Source: Planktotalea sp.
Lineage (GTDB): Bacteria > Pseudomonadota > Alphaproteobacteria > Rhodobacterales > Rhodobacteraceae
Length of the DNA: 64,000 nucleotides
NCBI RefSeq assembly: GCF_018607995.1
Contig: NZ_JABBAL010000037.1
Span: forward strand, 19,353 to 83,352
Direction: 5' to 3'
The position numbers were made by a program, and so were the translations under genes. Under the pieces are notes generated by a model. The model ran no database searches. It was not told the DNA's origin and saw only the letters and a list, made by a program, of their open reading frames with translations. This document shows positions 47,213 through 57,351 of the stretch, in pieces. Every line of letters starts with the position of its first letter. The stretch's first letter is position 1.

Positions 47213-48307
47213 ATGAATATCCAGTCCGACGTAAATGGCGATGCAAAGACAGACGCAAAGGATGCGAAAGCGGCTTTGGAGGTATTGATAGATTGGGCCA
47301 GTCGGGCAAGCGCCGAAGACATCACGGCGCTTGATCCTAGGGTGCGTGAGCTGCTTGGAAAAAACACAACCCCAAGCCTGAGCAATGTCTACCCTGAGGA
47401 TTTCAAAAGTGATCCAGCTTACAAAGCAATGCTGCCTGATCTGCAAAACGGTCCCAGCTCGCTTATTCGTGGCTCAAAGCAGCTTATCCAACACGTGGGG
47501 ATCTCAAATTTTCGCCTGCCGATCCGCTTTCACACCAAACACGGTGGCGATTTGACGCTTGAAACATCTGTAACCGGCACAGTCAGCTTGGAGGCGGACA
47601 AGAAGGGCATTAACATGTCTCGCATCATGCGCACGTTCTATCGTCATGCGGAGCAAACCTTTAGCTTTGACGTTATCGAGGATGCGCTGGATGACTATAA
47701 ATCCGATCTGGAAAGCTTTGATGCGCGACTTCAGATGCTGTTCTCGTTCCCTGTCAAAATCGAAAGCCTGCGTTCTGCTCTGACGGGCTATCAATATTAC
47801 AAGATCGCTTTGGAATTGGCGGAACAAAATGGTGTGCGCCAGAAATTCATGCATGTGGATTATGTGTATTCGTCAACCTGTCCTTGTTCGCTTGAGCTCA
47901 GTGAACATGCGCGTCGTGAGCGTGGGCAACTCGCAACACCGCATTCGCAACGCTCGGTCGCACGCATTTCGGTAGAACTGATCGGCAAGCAAATCCTATG
48001 GTTTGAGGACCTGATTGAGCACTGCCGCAAAGCCGTTCCAACGGAAACGCAAGTCATGGTAAAACGCGAGGACGAGCAAGCCTTCGCCGAGCTGAACGCC
48101 GCCAATCCGATTTTCGTGGAAGACGCCGCGCGTTTGTTTTGCGAGCAACTATTACAAGATAACCGTATCGGGGATTTCCGTGTTGTCGCGTCGCATCAAG
48201 AAAGTTTGCATAGCCACGATGCTGTCAGCGTGTTGACCGAAGGGCCGAGTTTTGCGGCGACCAGCCTTGATCCCAAACTGTTCAGTACGCTGTTTCACGT
48301 TGGGTAA
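47213..48307 (+). CDS. folE2: GTP cyclohydrolase I type 2 (FolE2/MptA family)
   Basis: The sequences ISNFRLPIRF and KGINMSRIMRTFY, plus the Cys pair SSTCPCS, are typical of FolE2. There is a long N-terminal extension. Confidence 0.85.
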   Translation: MNIQSDVNGDAKTDAKDAKAALEVLIDWASRASAEDITALDPRVRELLGKNTTPSLSNVYPEDFKSDPAYKAMLPDLQNGPSSLIRGSKQLIQHVGISNFRLPIRFHTKHGGDLTLETSVTGTVSLEADKKGINMSRIMRTFYRHAEQTFSFDVIEDALDDYKSDLESFDARLQMLFSFPVKIESLRSALTGYQYYKIALELAEQNGVRQKFMHVDYVYSSTCPCSLELSEHARRERGQLATPHSQRSVARISVELIGKQILWFEDLIEHCRKAVPTETQVMVKREDEQAFAELNAANPIFVEDAARLFCEQLLQDNRIGDFRVVASHQESLHSHDAVSVLTEGPSFAATSLDPKLFSTLFHVG

Positions 48308-48422
48308 GCTTTGCTGCGCGTGCATTGCTGCATTGCAGTATTAACAAAGATACCACACTACCAATGGCTTAGATCACATCCTATATAGCCCTGAACAGAG
48401 CTTATAATGATTGAGGTTTCAC

Positions 48423-48650
48423 ATGGCTGTTCTCGACTTTGGTGCAACAAGCGCATCTTATCCCGCTTCCGCGTCTTTCTTTAAGCGCATCGGCGCACAC
48501 ATTATGGACGCGCTCACAAGTTTTGCTCATGCACGTGCGCGTACTGCTGAATTGCAGTATTACATGGACATGAGCGACGAACAGCTTGCGGCAAAAGGCT
48601 TGCGCCGTGATGAAATCGCGCGACATGTTTTCCGCGACCTGTTCATTTAA
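48423..48650 (+). CDS. DUF1127-domain small protein
   Basis: The C-terminal sequence YMDMSDEQLAAKGLRRDEIARHVF matches the DUF1127 signature. The ORF is 75 aa. Confidence 0.75.
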   Translation: MAVLDFGATSASYPASASFFKRIGAHIMDALTSFAHARARTAELQYYMDMSDEQLAAKGLRRDEIARHVFRDLFI

Positions 48651-48735
48651 AAAAGTAACCACTTAAGCAATCCGCGGGGCCATGGTGCGCGCGGGTGCTT
48701 GACAGGGCAGGGGTGCTCGGCCAAGCCTTCGCGTT

Positions 48736-50184
48736 ATGTTGGACCTGCGCCCAGTTGGATATGTGATCGGCCTTTTGGTCATGATGCTTGGGATGGCGAT
48801 GCTGCTCCCTTTGCTCGTAGATCTGGCCGAAGCACGCGGGCACTGGCCTGCGTTTCTTCAAAGCGCTCTGATCACTTGTCTTGTCGGTGTGCTTGTCGCA
48901 CTTTCCTGCTCAAACGGTGTCAAAGAAGGTCTGAACATTCAGCAAACCTTCTTGCTGACAACGGGCGTATGGCTTGCTTTGCCTGTGTTTGGCGCTTTGC
49001 CATTCATGTTTGGCGAAACAGAACTGCGCTTTGTGGATGCATTTTTCGAGGCAATGTCGGGCCTTACCACAACCGGCTCTACAGTTATTTCTGATCTTGA
49101 TGAATTGCCCAAGGGCCTCCTTCTTTGGCGCGGTTTGATGCAGTGGCTAGGCGGAGTTGGTATCATTGTTGTAGCGATGGTGTTCCTGCCCGAGTTACGC
49201 GTCGGTGGTATGCAAATCTTCCGTGTGGAAGGCTTTGATACTATGGGAAAAATCCTGCCGCGCGCGACAGCGATTGCTTCGCAAATTTCCTATATTTACG
49301 TCGGTATTTCCCTCGTTTGTGCGGTGGTCTACATGCTGCTTGGCATGAATGCGTTTGATGCCAGCGTTCATGCGATGACCACGGTCGCGACTGGAGGATT
49401 CGCAAATTATGATGCCTCTTTCGGGGCGTTTTCGGGATCCATCGAATATGCGGCGGCGCTGTTTATGGTGCTCGCAGCACTGCCGTTCGTGCGGTATGTA
49501 CAATTGCTCAACGGCAATCAAACAGCCGTTTTCAAAGACGCCCAAGTGCGTGGTTTCATGATGACCATCGCTTTCTTAGTGGTGCTCTGCGCGGCGGTGC
49601 TCGCCATTGGTCAAGATCGCGCGTTCGAGCCTGCATTCAGGCGCGCGTTGTTTAACATCGTCTCTATCGTGTCGGGCACAGGCTACGCGAGCGCGGATTA
49701 CATGCTTTGGGGACCGTTCCTGGTCGCGCTCTTCTTTTTCGCTGGCCTCATTGGCGGTTGCGCTGGATCGACGGCCTGTTCGGTGAAAATCTTTCGCTAC
49801 CAGCTCTTGTTTGCATCAATCCGCACACAAATGCGCCGAATCCACTCGCCAAACGGCGTGTTCTCGCCCCGTTATGAGGGCCGCACGGTCAGTGAAGACG
49901 TGCTAAGCTCCGTCATGTCGTTTTTTGTTTTCTTTGTGGTGACGCTTGGACTTTTAGCTGTCGCCCTAAGCATGACAGGCCTTGATTTGATCACTGCCTT
50001 GTCTGGCGCGTCAGCGGCTTTGGCGAACATTGGCCCCGGTTTAGGGTCAGAAATTGGACCTGCGGGCAACTACGGTGGCCTGAACGACATTGCTAAATGG
50101 CTTTTGGCGTTTGGCATGTTGATCGGACGTTTGGAATTGCTGGCGGTCTACGCCATCCTCACAGTTGGATTTTGGAGAGGTTGA
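48736..50184 (+). CDS. trkH: TrkH-family potassium uptake protein
   Basis: The 482 aa polytopic membrane protein has the repeated MSGLTTTG/TGGF/SGTGY selectivity-filter-like motifs. Confidence 0.9.
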   Translation: MLDLRPVGYVIGLLVMMLGMAMLLPLLVDLAEARGHWPAFLQSALITCLVGVLVALSCSNGVKEGLNIQQTFLLTTGVWLALPVFGALPFMFGETELRFVDAFFEAMSGLTTTGSTVISDLDELPKGLLLWRGLMQWLGGVGIIVVAMVFLPELRVGGMQIFRVEGFDTMGKILPRATAIASQISYIYVGISLVCAVVYMLLGMNAFDASVHAMTTVATGGFANYDASFGAFSGSIEYAAALFMVLAALPFVRYVQLLNGNQTAVFKDAQVRGFMMTIAFLVVLCAAVLAIGQDRAFEPAFRRALFNIVSIVSGTGYASADYMLWGPFLVALFFFAGLIGGCAGSTACSVKIFRYQLLFASIRTQMRRIHSPNGVFSPRYEGRTVSEDVLSSVMSFFVFFVVTLGLLAVALSMTGLDLITALSGASAALANIGPGLGSEIGPAGNYGGLNDIAKWLLAFGMLIGRLELLAVYAILTVGFWRG

Positions 50185-50185
50185 T

Positions 50186-51781
50186 ATGCCACAAGCACCC
50201 CTAGGCGCGCAGATTTCGCACATGTTAAAAGCGCGCGGCGTGGATGTAATTTTCGGCATTCCCGGTGTGCATAATGTCGAAATGTATCGCGGTATCGAAG
50301 AGGCGGGCATCACCCATATACTTGCGCGACATGAGCAGGGTGCGGGTTTTATGGCCGATGGTTATGCGCGTGCGACCGGCAAGGCGGGTGTGGCTTACGT
50401 GATCACAGGGCCGGGTCTGTGCAACACGATGACGCCACTGGGGCAGGCCTATTCGGATAGCGTGCCTGTGCTGGCGATTTCGTCTTGTTTGGATGAAACA
50501 TCCGCGACACGCGGGCAATTGCACCAGATGTTCGATCAAGCAGGGGCCGCGCGCACGGTCTGTGAATGGTCCGAGGAGGCGCGCTCCGCCTCCGCCGCGT
50601 ATCACCTGATTGATCGTGCGTTCACAGAGTTTGCGACAGCGCGCCCGCGTTCCAAACACATTCAGGTGCCGATTGCTTTGGCGGGCAGCCTCACGGATGA
50701 CGCGCCTGCGATATTACCGAGACCTGCAAAACCGCAGACCCCTCAGGCGCAATTGACGCAAGCGATAGCGATGATCCTAGCGGCGCAAAAACCGATCTTC
50801 GTGTTTGGCGGTGGTGCAGTCGCAGGCGCGGATGTGGTGGGCAAATTGCTGCGTATGACGGGTGCTTCGAGTTTCACGACATATGCGGGGCGCGGGGTCG
50901 TGCCAGTTGGAACCCCGCTGGATTTTGGCAGCACCTTAGCGCGTTCAGATAGCACTGCGGTTTTCGCGCAAGCGGATCTCGTGATTGCCGTCGGCACAGA
51001 GCTTGCGCAAGTGGATCTATGGCGCAGTGATCTTGGACATAATTGCCCGATGATCCGCGTTGATCTGGATCCGAGCGTTTTGGCGCAAGGCAAGACAGAT
51101 GACCTGTTGATACAAGGCGACGCAGAAGCATTTTTACGCGCATTGGCAATTGCAATCCCTGCACGTGTGGATGATCGCGATCCGTGTTGGGACGCGGATG
51201 TGGTGACTTCTGCCCGTGCGCGTTGGCGTGCGGAAACTGATGCAGAGCGGCCGGGCATAGTGCCAATCTGCGATGCACTTGAAGTCGTGCTGCCAGAAGA
51301 AACGATGTTCTTTTCAGATATGACCCAATTTGCCTATGTGGCCAAAGAAATATGGGACATGCCAAAGCCTGCGCATTGGCATCATCCCTTTGGATTCGGC
51401 ACGCTTGGCTATGCATTGCCCGCTGCGATTGGCGGCAAGATTGGCGTGGGCGATCAGCCGGTTGTGGCAATCGCAGGGGACTATGGGTTCCAGTACACGT
51501 TGCAAGAATTGGGTGTCGCGGTCGAGCTTGGGCTGAGTTTGCCGATCATTTTGTGGGACAATGGCAAGCTGAAAGAGATCGAGGATAGTATGGTGCGCAG
51601 TCAGATTGCTCCCAACGCGGTCGTCGCGCGCAATCCTGACTTTTGCAAATTGGCGGAAGCCTACGGAGCTGCAAGCGCGCGCCCTGCAAATCTAGCCGCT
51701 TTGGCAGAGGTCATGAAAAAAGCGCTGGCCCAACGCGGACCAACGCTTATTCATGTGACGCCAGAAATTTTGGATGGCTGA
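50186..51781 (+). CDS. thiamine-diphosphate-dependent enzyme (acetolactate synthase-like / 2-oxoacid decarboxylase family)
   Basis: An N-terminal Pyr domain (VDVIFGIPGVHNVEMY) and a C-terminal PP domain (GDYGFQYTLQELG) are present. The substrate cannot be assigned from the sequence. Confidence 0.8.
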   Translation: MPQAPLGAQISHMLKARGVDVIFGIPGVHNVEMYRGIEEAGITHILARHEQGAGFMADGYARATGKAGVAYVITGPGLCNTMTPLGQAYSDSVPVLAISSCLDETSATRGQLHQMFDQAGAARTVCEWSEEARSASAAYHLIDRAFTEFATARPRSKHIQVPIALAGSLTDDAPAILPRPAKPQTPQAQLTQAIAMILAAQKPIFVFGGGAVAGADVVGKLLRMTGASSFTTYAGRGVVPVGTPLDFGSTLARSDSTAVFAQADLVIAVGTELAQVDLWRSDLGHNCPMIRVDLDPSVLAQGKTDDLLIQGDAEAFLRALAIAIPARVDDRDPCWDADVVTSARARWRAETDAERPGIVPICDALEVVLPEETMFFSDMTQFAYVAKEIWDMPKPAHWHHPFGFGTLGYALPAAIGGKIGVGDQPVVAIAGDYGFQYTLQELGVAVELGLSLPIILWDNGKLKEIEDSMVRSQIAPNAVVARNPDFCKLAEAYGAASARPANLAALAEVMKKALAQRGPTLIHVTPEILDG

Positions 51782-51783
51782 AG

Positions 51784-53538
51784 CTACTCCCAGCAGCTGA
51801 CCAAGACGGTCATGTCTGCCGCAAGGCTCGCCAGATCTTCAGTGGGCAGAGCAGCACTTTGGGTGGCTTCAGCCGTCTCAACGCCTGCATCTGACAGCAT
51901 TGCGGCGATCACGCTGTTGGGGACAGAAAAACCAACGCCCGCTGGCAATGCACGGCCCTTCATTTCCTTAGGGGCCAACATGCCAATGATCGCGCCTGCG
52001 GTATCCAGCACTGGACCGCCAACATCACCTGACATCGCTTCCATTTCGAGGCGGTTGAGGGTGGTTTCCCCGCCGAGTCCACGTAGATCTGCCAGCTTTC
52101 CGAAAGTTAGCGTGGGTGCATTCAAAGCGCCCTCAAACGGGTAGCCTGCAACCGCGATCTCTGTTTTCAAGCGTGGTTGGCCATTTCGGAAATTTGCGAT
52201 CCCTGCTGGCGCAAGCGTTTCGTCGGGGCGTAATAGGGCCAAGCCATTAGTGTTGTCCGTTGCGCTGATTTGCGCGTCATAGTCGCCATCTATGGTGATC
52301 CGGCTGCATGATTGCACTGCATCCAAGGTGGTCAAAGTAGCTCCGTTGGAGGACACGTAAAAGCCGCTGCGTGACAGCTTGGGTGTGCGTATTTTCAAAC
52401 CTGAAACCAGATCAATCGCTTGCAATTCATCCGTGCCCGCGGTCGGGTTCAGAACGCCCTCAAGACGGGTGAAGTTGGTCTGCATTTCCCCCAAAAGACG
52501 TGTGCGTCGCTCTTCATCACCAGTGGGCCAGATCAGCATGAAGCCTTTGACGTGACCGTCTTTCAAGCTCGCCTCTGTGTGGGAGATAAAGCTGTCGTTC
52601 TCGCCAGTCAGCACAAAGTCGTTTTTGTTGCGTTTGCGTTCGCCATCAAGCGGCACGGTTTCGAGTGTTTGTAGGATGTCGTAAAGACCGAATAGCGTGT
52701 TTTGATCGCCTGCTTGGCTGATTAGGATGACTTTCGCACCTTTCACAAAGCCAGTGCCCTCATAATGGGAAAAGGGCGACTCATAACGATCAAACGTGAC
52801 CGCGCTCGTGGGCAAGGCAATTTCGATACCCGCATCCGTGTCCTCGACAAGTCGTAAATCCAAACCATCCAACACCGCATTATACTGCTGGAACAATACA
52901 GCCCTTTGTTTCGTGGTCAGAACACCGGTTTTTTCAAAGTTATTCGCTTCTTGCCACGCGGCCATGGAATTTCGCGTGCCACGCCCGAAAGATCCGTCAA
53001 TTGCCGCGTTGTAAAACCCAGCCCATTGCAAAGCGATCTGGAGGTTTTTCTTCGCATCACGCGACAAAGCTGCTTCGCTCGCACGGGCCTCGCGGGGTGT
53101 TTCGTCTGGCACTTCTGGTTCTGCTGCAGGTTCCGGCGCGGCGGCAGGGGCTTCCGCAACTGTTTCAGCCTCGCTGGAAAGGGCTGGTGCCAAAGGCGTG
53201 ACATTCAAAAGGTTGGCACCCACTGGCCAGAATTGTTGGCGAAATGCAGCGGAGAAAGCGATGAAACTATCACGTGGAATGCGGCCTTCATTGCGGTAAT
53301 TGCGCAAAACCGTTGCCGCATCTTCTGGTGAATACGGCCCAAGCGCGACTGCGTACCATCCACCGCCGAGCGAGAAACCGTTCACATCAGGCAGTGCTGC
53401 TGCATAAGAGCGCGCACGGCTTTCCGCGGCATTCAAGCTCGGTCGTGCTTCAATTTGCACCCAAGCGGCGTCTTGCGCATAGGCGGGGCGCAGGGCTGCG
53501 AAAAAGATCAAAACGAAAGAAAGAAAGATGCGCTTCAT
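51784..53538 (-). CDS. secreted SPOR-like / peptidoglycan-binding / trypsin-like pseudo-protease
   Basis: After a signal peptide (MKRIFLSFVLIFFAALRPAYA) come a SPOR-like segment and a PG_binding_1 motif (LQIALQWAGFYNAAIDGSFG). The C-terminal S1-like domain reads GDVGGP where GDSGGP is expected. Confidence 0.7.
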   Translation of the reverse strand: MKRIFLSFVLIFFAALRPAYAQDAAWVQIEARPSLNAAESRARSYAAALPDVNGFSLGGGWYAVALGPYSPEDAATVLRNYRNEGRIPRDSFIAFSAAFRQQFWPVGANLLNVTPLAPALSSEAETVAEAPAAAPEPAAEPEVPDETPREARASEAALSRDAKKNLQIALQWAGFYNAAIDGSFGRGTRNSMAAWQEANNFEKTGVLTTKQRAVLFQQYNAVLDGLDLRLVEDTDAGIEIALPTSAVTFDRYESPFSHYEGTGFVKGAKVILISQAGDQNTLFGLYDILQTLETVPLDGERKRNKNDFVLTGENDSFISHTEASLKDGHVKGFMLIWPTGDEERRTRLLGEMQTNFTRLEGVLNPTAGTDELQAIDLVSGLKIRTPKLSRSGFYVSSNGATLTTLDAVQSCSRITIDGDYDAQISATDNTNGLALLRPDETLAPAGIANFRNGQPRLKTEIAVAGYPFEGALNAPTLTFGKLADLRGLGGETTLNRLEMEAMSGDVGGPVLDTAGAIIGMLAPKEMKGRALPAGVGFSVPNSVIAAMLSDAGVETAEATQSAALPTEDLASLAADMTVLVSCWE

Positions 53539-53773
53539 GGGAATAGCCTCGTAAAACGAAGTGCTGGACATGGTTTTTGAATTCACGTGTGTATCGTTCT
53601 GCATTAGGGGCAGATTAGGCGTGATTTTCGGCAATTTTTAGGCAATAGTCCACAGGATATGCACAACATTCTCGTGAAAAACACTGTATGTTGATTGATT
53701 GACCCTCGAGGATGCAGAGGCTAATCAACCCCAAAGGCGCGCGGTGCGTGCGATCTATCTGGCGGCTACTGTA

Positions 53774-54697
53774 ATGAATTCAGAAAAATCTAAATCATTT
53801 CAAGAGATTATCTTGCGTTTGCAGTCCTATTGGGCCTCACAAGGCTGTGCTGTGATGCAGCCCTATGATATGGAAGTTGGTGCAGGAACCTTTCATCCGG
53901 CCACAACGCTACGCTCGCTTGGCTCGAAACCCTGGGCAGCGGCATATGTGCAACCCTCGCGCCGCCCCACGGATGGGCGCTACGGCGAGAACCCGAACCG
54001 CTTGCAGCATTACTATCAGTATCAGGTCGTGATCAAACCTAGCCCACCCGACCTTCAGGCGCTTTATCTTGGCTCGCTTGAGGCAATTGGCGTCGATATG
54101 GAGATGCATGACATCCGATTTGTGGAGGACGATTGGGAAAGCCCGACGCTTGGCGCGTGGGGGCTTGGCTGGGAAGTCTGGTGTGATGGTATGGAAGTCA
54201 GCCAGTTCACCTATTTTCAACAGGTCGGCGGGCATGATTGCGCGCCTGTCGCAGGGGAATTGACATACGGTCTAGAGCGCCTGGCTATGTATATTTTGAA
54301 CTGCGATCACGTGATGGACATGCCTTACAACGATCCGCAGTCACCTATTCCGCTCAGCTATGGCGATGTGTTCAAGCAAACCGAAGAAGAATTCGCGCGT
54401 TGGAATTTTGACGTGGCCAACACCGATGTGTTGTTGCGCCATTTTGAAGAAGCCGAGGCCGAATGCGCCAATATTCTGGATCAAACGCATGACGATCCGA
54501 AGACCGGCAAACGTATTATCATGGCGCATCCCGCCTATGATCAATGCATCAAGGCGAGCCATATTTTTAACTTGCTCGACGCGCGCGGGGTCATTTCTGT
54601 CACTGAACGCCAAGCCTATATCGGACGCGTGCGCACATTGGCGAAAGCCTGTGCCGATGCCTTTGTGCAAACCACTGCGGGTGGTCACGTTCAATGA
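53774..54697 (+). CDS. glyQ: glycine-tRNA ligase alpha subunit
   Basis: From the ATG at 53774 the sequence reads [37 protein letters not shown], the canonical GlyQ sequence. Confidence 0.95.
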   Translation: MNSEKSKSFQEIILRLQSYWASQGCAVMQPYDMEVGAGTFHPATTLRSLGSKPWAAAYVQPSRRPTDGRYGENPNRLQHYYQYQVVIKPSPPDLQALYLGSLEAIGVDMEMHDIRFVEDDWESPTLGAWGLGWEVWCDGMEVSQFTYFQQVGGHDCAPVAGELTYGLERLAMYILNCDHVMDMPYNDPQSPIPLSYGDVFKQTEEEFARWNFDVANTDVLLRHFEEAEAECANILDQTHDDPKTGKRIIMAHPAYDQCIKASHIFNLLDARGVISVTERQAYIGRVRTLAKACADAFVQTTAGGHVQ

Positions 54698-55230
54698 GAC
54701 TGGGCCAATTTCTAGCGGGGTTCACCGTGTTTTCAGCGCTTTTGGCCGGTGGGGCCATGTACTATTTGCAGGTCTACGCTTTTTACGAAGAGGTCTCTGC
54801 ACAAGGCGACGACGTACAACTCGTGTCGCTGATGTCGGGCGAGCCTGAGCCGATTTTGTTTGAAAATTTCCAAGCGATTGACGGCAGCAGCTCGCCCATT
54901 CGCTATCGCGCGTGCTTTACTACAGAGATGAGCCACGCATTGCTCAGCGTAACCTATGTCGCGTTCGAGAACGCGGAACCGCGCAATGCGCCGGGTTGGT
55001 TTGACTGCTTTGACGCGGAAGCGATTGGCGCAGAATTAGAAGTGGGGACAGCGCTTACGTTCCTGTCGCAAAAGAACTTTGCTTACGGCGTCGACCGCGT
55101 TGTCGCCATCACCGAAGACGGTCGCGGCTACGTCTGGCACGAACTCAATGATTGCGGTGCGAAAGCCTATGATGGCTCGCCCACGGGGGAAGCCTGCCCA
55201 CCTCGTGAAGACGTCGAAGGACAAAACTAA
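54694..55230 (+). CDS. membrane-anchored hypothetical protein inserted between glyQ and glyS
   Basis: The 178 aa ORF has an N-terminal TM helix ([20 protein letters not shown]). It has an ATGA overlap with glyQ and a TAATG overlap with glyS. Confidence 0.65.
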   Translation: MRLGQFLAGFTVFSALLAGGAMYYLQVYAFYEEVSAQGDDVQLVSLMSGEPEPILFENFQAIDGSSSPIRYRACFTTEMSHALLSVTYVAFENAEPRNAPGWFDCFDAEAIGAELEVGTALTFLSQKNFAYGVDRVVAITEDGRGYVWHELNDCGAKAYDGSPTGEACPPREDVEGQN

Positions 55231-57287
55231 TGCCTGATCTCTTGATTGAACTGTTCTCCGAAGAAATCCCCGCACGCATGCAAGGCCGCGCTGCGGATGA
55301 TCTGAAAAAACTGATGACGGATGGCATGGTTGAGGCGGGTTTGACCTATGCCTCTGCCGCTGCATTTTCGACGCCGCGGCGTTTGTGCCTGACGGTTGAG
55401 GGTCTGCTCGCAGAAAGTCCAACCGTGCGTGAAGAGCGCAAAGGTCCCAAAGTCGGCGCACCTGACAAAGCGATTGAAGGGTTCTTGCGTGGCGCAGGTC
55501 TTACCCGTGATCAATTGGAAGAGCGCGACACGCCCAAAGGTGCGGTCTACTTTGCGAGCTTCGAAAAGCAGGGCCGCCCCGCGCCTGAGATCATCGCCGA
55601 GGTGCTGGAACAGACGATCCGCACTTTCCCATGGCCTAAATCCATGCGCTGGGGTGCTGGATCATTGCGTTGGGTGCGTCCTTTGCATTCGATCCTTTGC
55701 GTGCTTAGTGACAAAGCGGGCAGCGAGGTCGTGCCTTTGGATGTAGACGGGATTACCTCTAGCAAGGTGACATATGGCCATCGTTTCATGGCCCCAAAGC
55801 AGATAACTGTGAACGGCTTCGAGGATTATGAGGCGCAGCTTAAGCGTGCTTTCGTCGTTCTGAACGCTGGTGAGCGCGCGGATGCAATTTGGGAAGACGC
55901 GAAAAACCAAGCCTTCGCCAATGGCTTGGAAGTTGTTGAAGATGCAGGGCTTTTGCGCGAAGTCGCAGGGCTGGTGGAATGGCCTGTTGTACTGATGGGC
56001 GAGATTGCCGAAGATTTCCTAGGCTTGCCGCCAGAAGTGTTGCAGACCTCCATGAAGGAACATCAGAAGTTTTTCTCTGTAAAGAATGCCAAAACGGACC
56101 AGATTGAACGCTTTATCACCGTCGCCAACCGCGAAACCGTCGATAATGGCGCAACGATCCTTGCGGGTAACCAAAAGGTCCTGTTCGCGCGTTTGTCTGA
56201 CGCGAAGTTCTTCTGGGAAAACGATTTGCGGGTGGCGACATCCGACATGGCGTCATGGACCGCTGCGCTCTCCAACGTGACCTTCCACAACAAGCTTGGT
56301 ACGCAGGCAGAACGAATTGAACGTATCGCCGCTTTGGCGCGTGAGTTGGCCCCCGTCGTGGGTGCGGACGCGGATGAAGCTGAGCGCGCGGCGAAGCTTG
56401 CCAAGGCTGACTTGAGCTCTGAAATGGTTTATGAATTCCCTGAATTGCAGGGCTTGATGGGTCGTTATTACGCTGAATCCGCTGGTGAAACTGCGGCAGT
56501 GGCGGCCGCGGCTGAAGAGCATTACGCGCCTTTGGGCCCATCCGATGCGGTGCCGACAGCGCCTGTGTCAGTGGCTGTGTCCTTGGCGGATAAGATCGAC
56601 ACGCTTACGGGTTTCTGGGCGATTGATGAAAAGCCAACGGGATCTAAGGATCCGTTCGCTTTGAGACGGTCTGCTTTGGGCGTTATTCGGTTGGTGTTGG
56701 AGAATGATCTGACAATCAGAAGTAAGCCTTTGTTCACAAAGGCAGATATGCGTGTCGATTCTGACGATCTTCTCTCTTTCTTCCATGACCGTCTCAAAGT
56801 TTATTTGCGCGACCAAGGTGTGCGACATGATGTGATCGATGCGTGCGTCGCGATGGAGGGCAATGACAATCTCGCTTTGCTCGTCAAACGCGCGGTTGCT
56901 TTGGAAGCATTCTTGAAAACCGAAGACGGCACCAACTTGCTGCAAGGATTTAAACGCGCCAACAACATTCTGTCTAAAGAAGAAGACAAGGACGGCGTCG
57001 AGTATTCTTACGGTGGCGATGTGAAATTCGCTGAAACCGAAGAAGAAAAAGCGCTGTTCGTGGCTTTGTCGAGTGAAGGTCCCGTGATTGAAGCGGCGTT
57101 GAAGACCGAGGATTTCGCCGCTGCCATGAGCGGCATGGCCGGTCTGCGCGCCCCGATTGATGCGTTCTTTGAAGCGGTGCAGGTGAACAGCGACAATCAG
57201 ACTGTGCGTCGTAATCGTTTGAACTTGCTCAGTGATATTCGCAAACTTGTCGGCTCTGTCGCCGATTTGACGCGGGTTGAGGGATAA
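55230..57287 (+). CDS. glyS: glycine-tRNA ligase beta subunit
   Basis: The sequence [18 protein letters not shown] is the canonical GlyS N-terminus, and the protein is 685 aa. Confidence 0.95.
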   Translation: MPDLLIELFSEEIPARMQGRAADDLKKLMTDGMVEAGLTYASAAAFSTPRRLCLTVEGLLAESPTVREERKGPKVGAPDKAIEGFLRGAGLTRDQLEERDTPKGAVYFASFEKQGRPAPEIIAEVLEQTIRTFPWPKSMRWGAGSLRWVRPLHSILCVLSDKAGSEVVPLDVDGITSSKVTYGHRFMAPKQITVNGFEDYEAQLKRAFVVLNAGERADAIWEDAKNQAFANGLEVVEDAGLLREVAGLVEWPVVLMGEIAEDFLGLPPEVLQTSMKEHQKFFSVKNAKTDQIERFITVANRETVDNGATILAGNQKVLFARLSDAKFFWENDLRVATSDMASWTAALSNVTFHNKLGTQAERIERIAALARELAPVVGADADEAERAAKLAKADLSSEMVYEFPELQGLMGRYYAESAGETAAVAAAAEEHYAPLGPSDAVPTAPVSVAVSLADKIDTLTGFWAIDEKPTGSKDPFALRRSALGVIRLVLENDLTIRSKPLFTKADMRVDSDDLLSFFHDRLKVYLRDQGVRHDVIDACVAMEGNDNLALLVKRAVALEAFLKTEDGTNLLQGFKRANNILSKEEDKDGVEYSYGGDVKFAETEEEKALFVALSSEGPVIEAALKTEDFAAAMSGMAGLRAPIDAFFEAVQVNSDNQTVRRNRLNLLSDIRKLVGSVADLTRVEG

Positions 57288-57351
57288 AGGCAGCGCTTGC
57301 GTGAACTGAATTGAGGTCTATGCTGCGCGCAACCGTTAAGAGGATGCCGCA

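Noticed and set aside
48651-48735. Cuckoo/CcsR-type sRNAs might lie downstream of the DUF1127 gene, as in Rhodobacter.
   Set aside because: The 85 nt spacer before trkH lacks the CCUCCUCCC-loop hairpins characteristic of those sRNAs.
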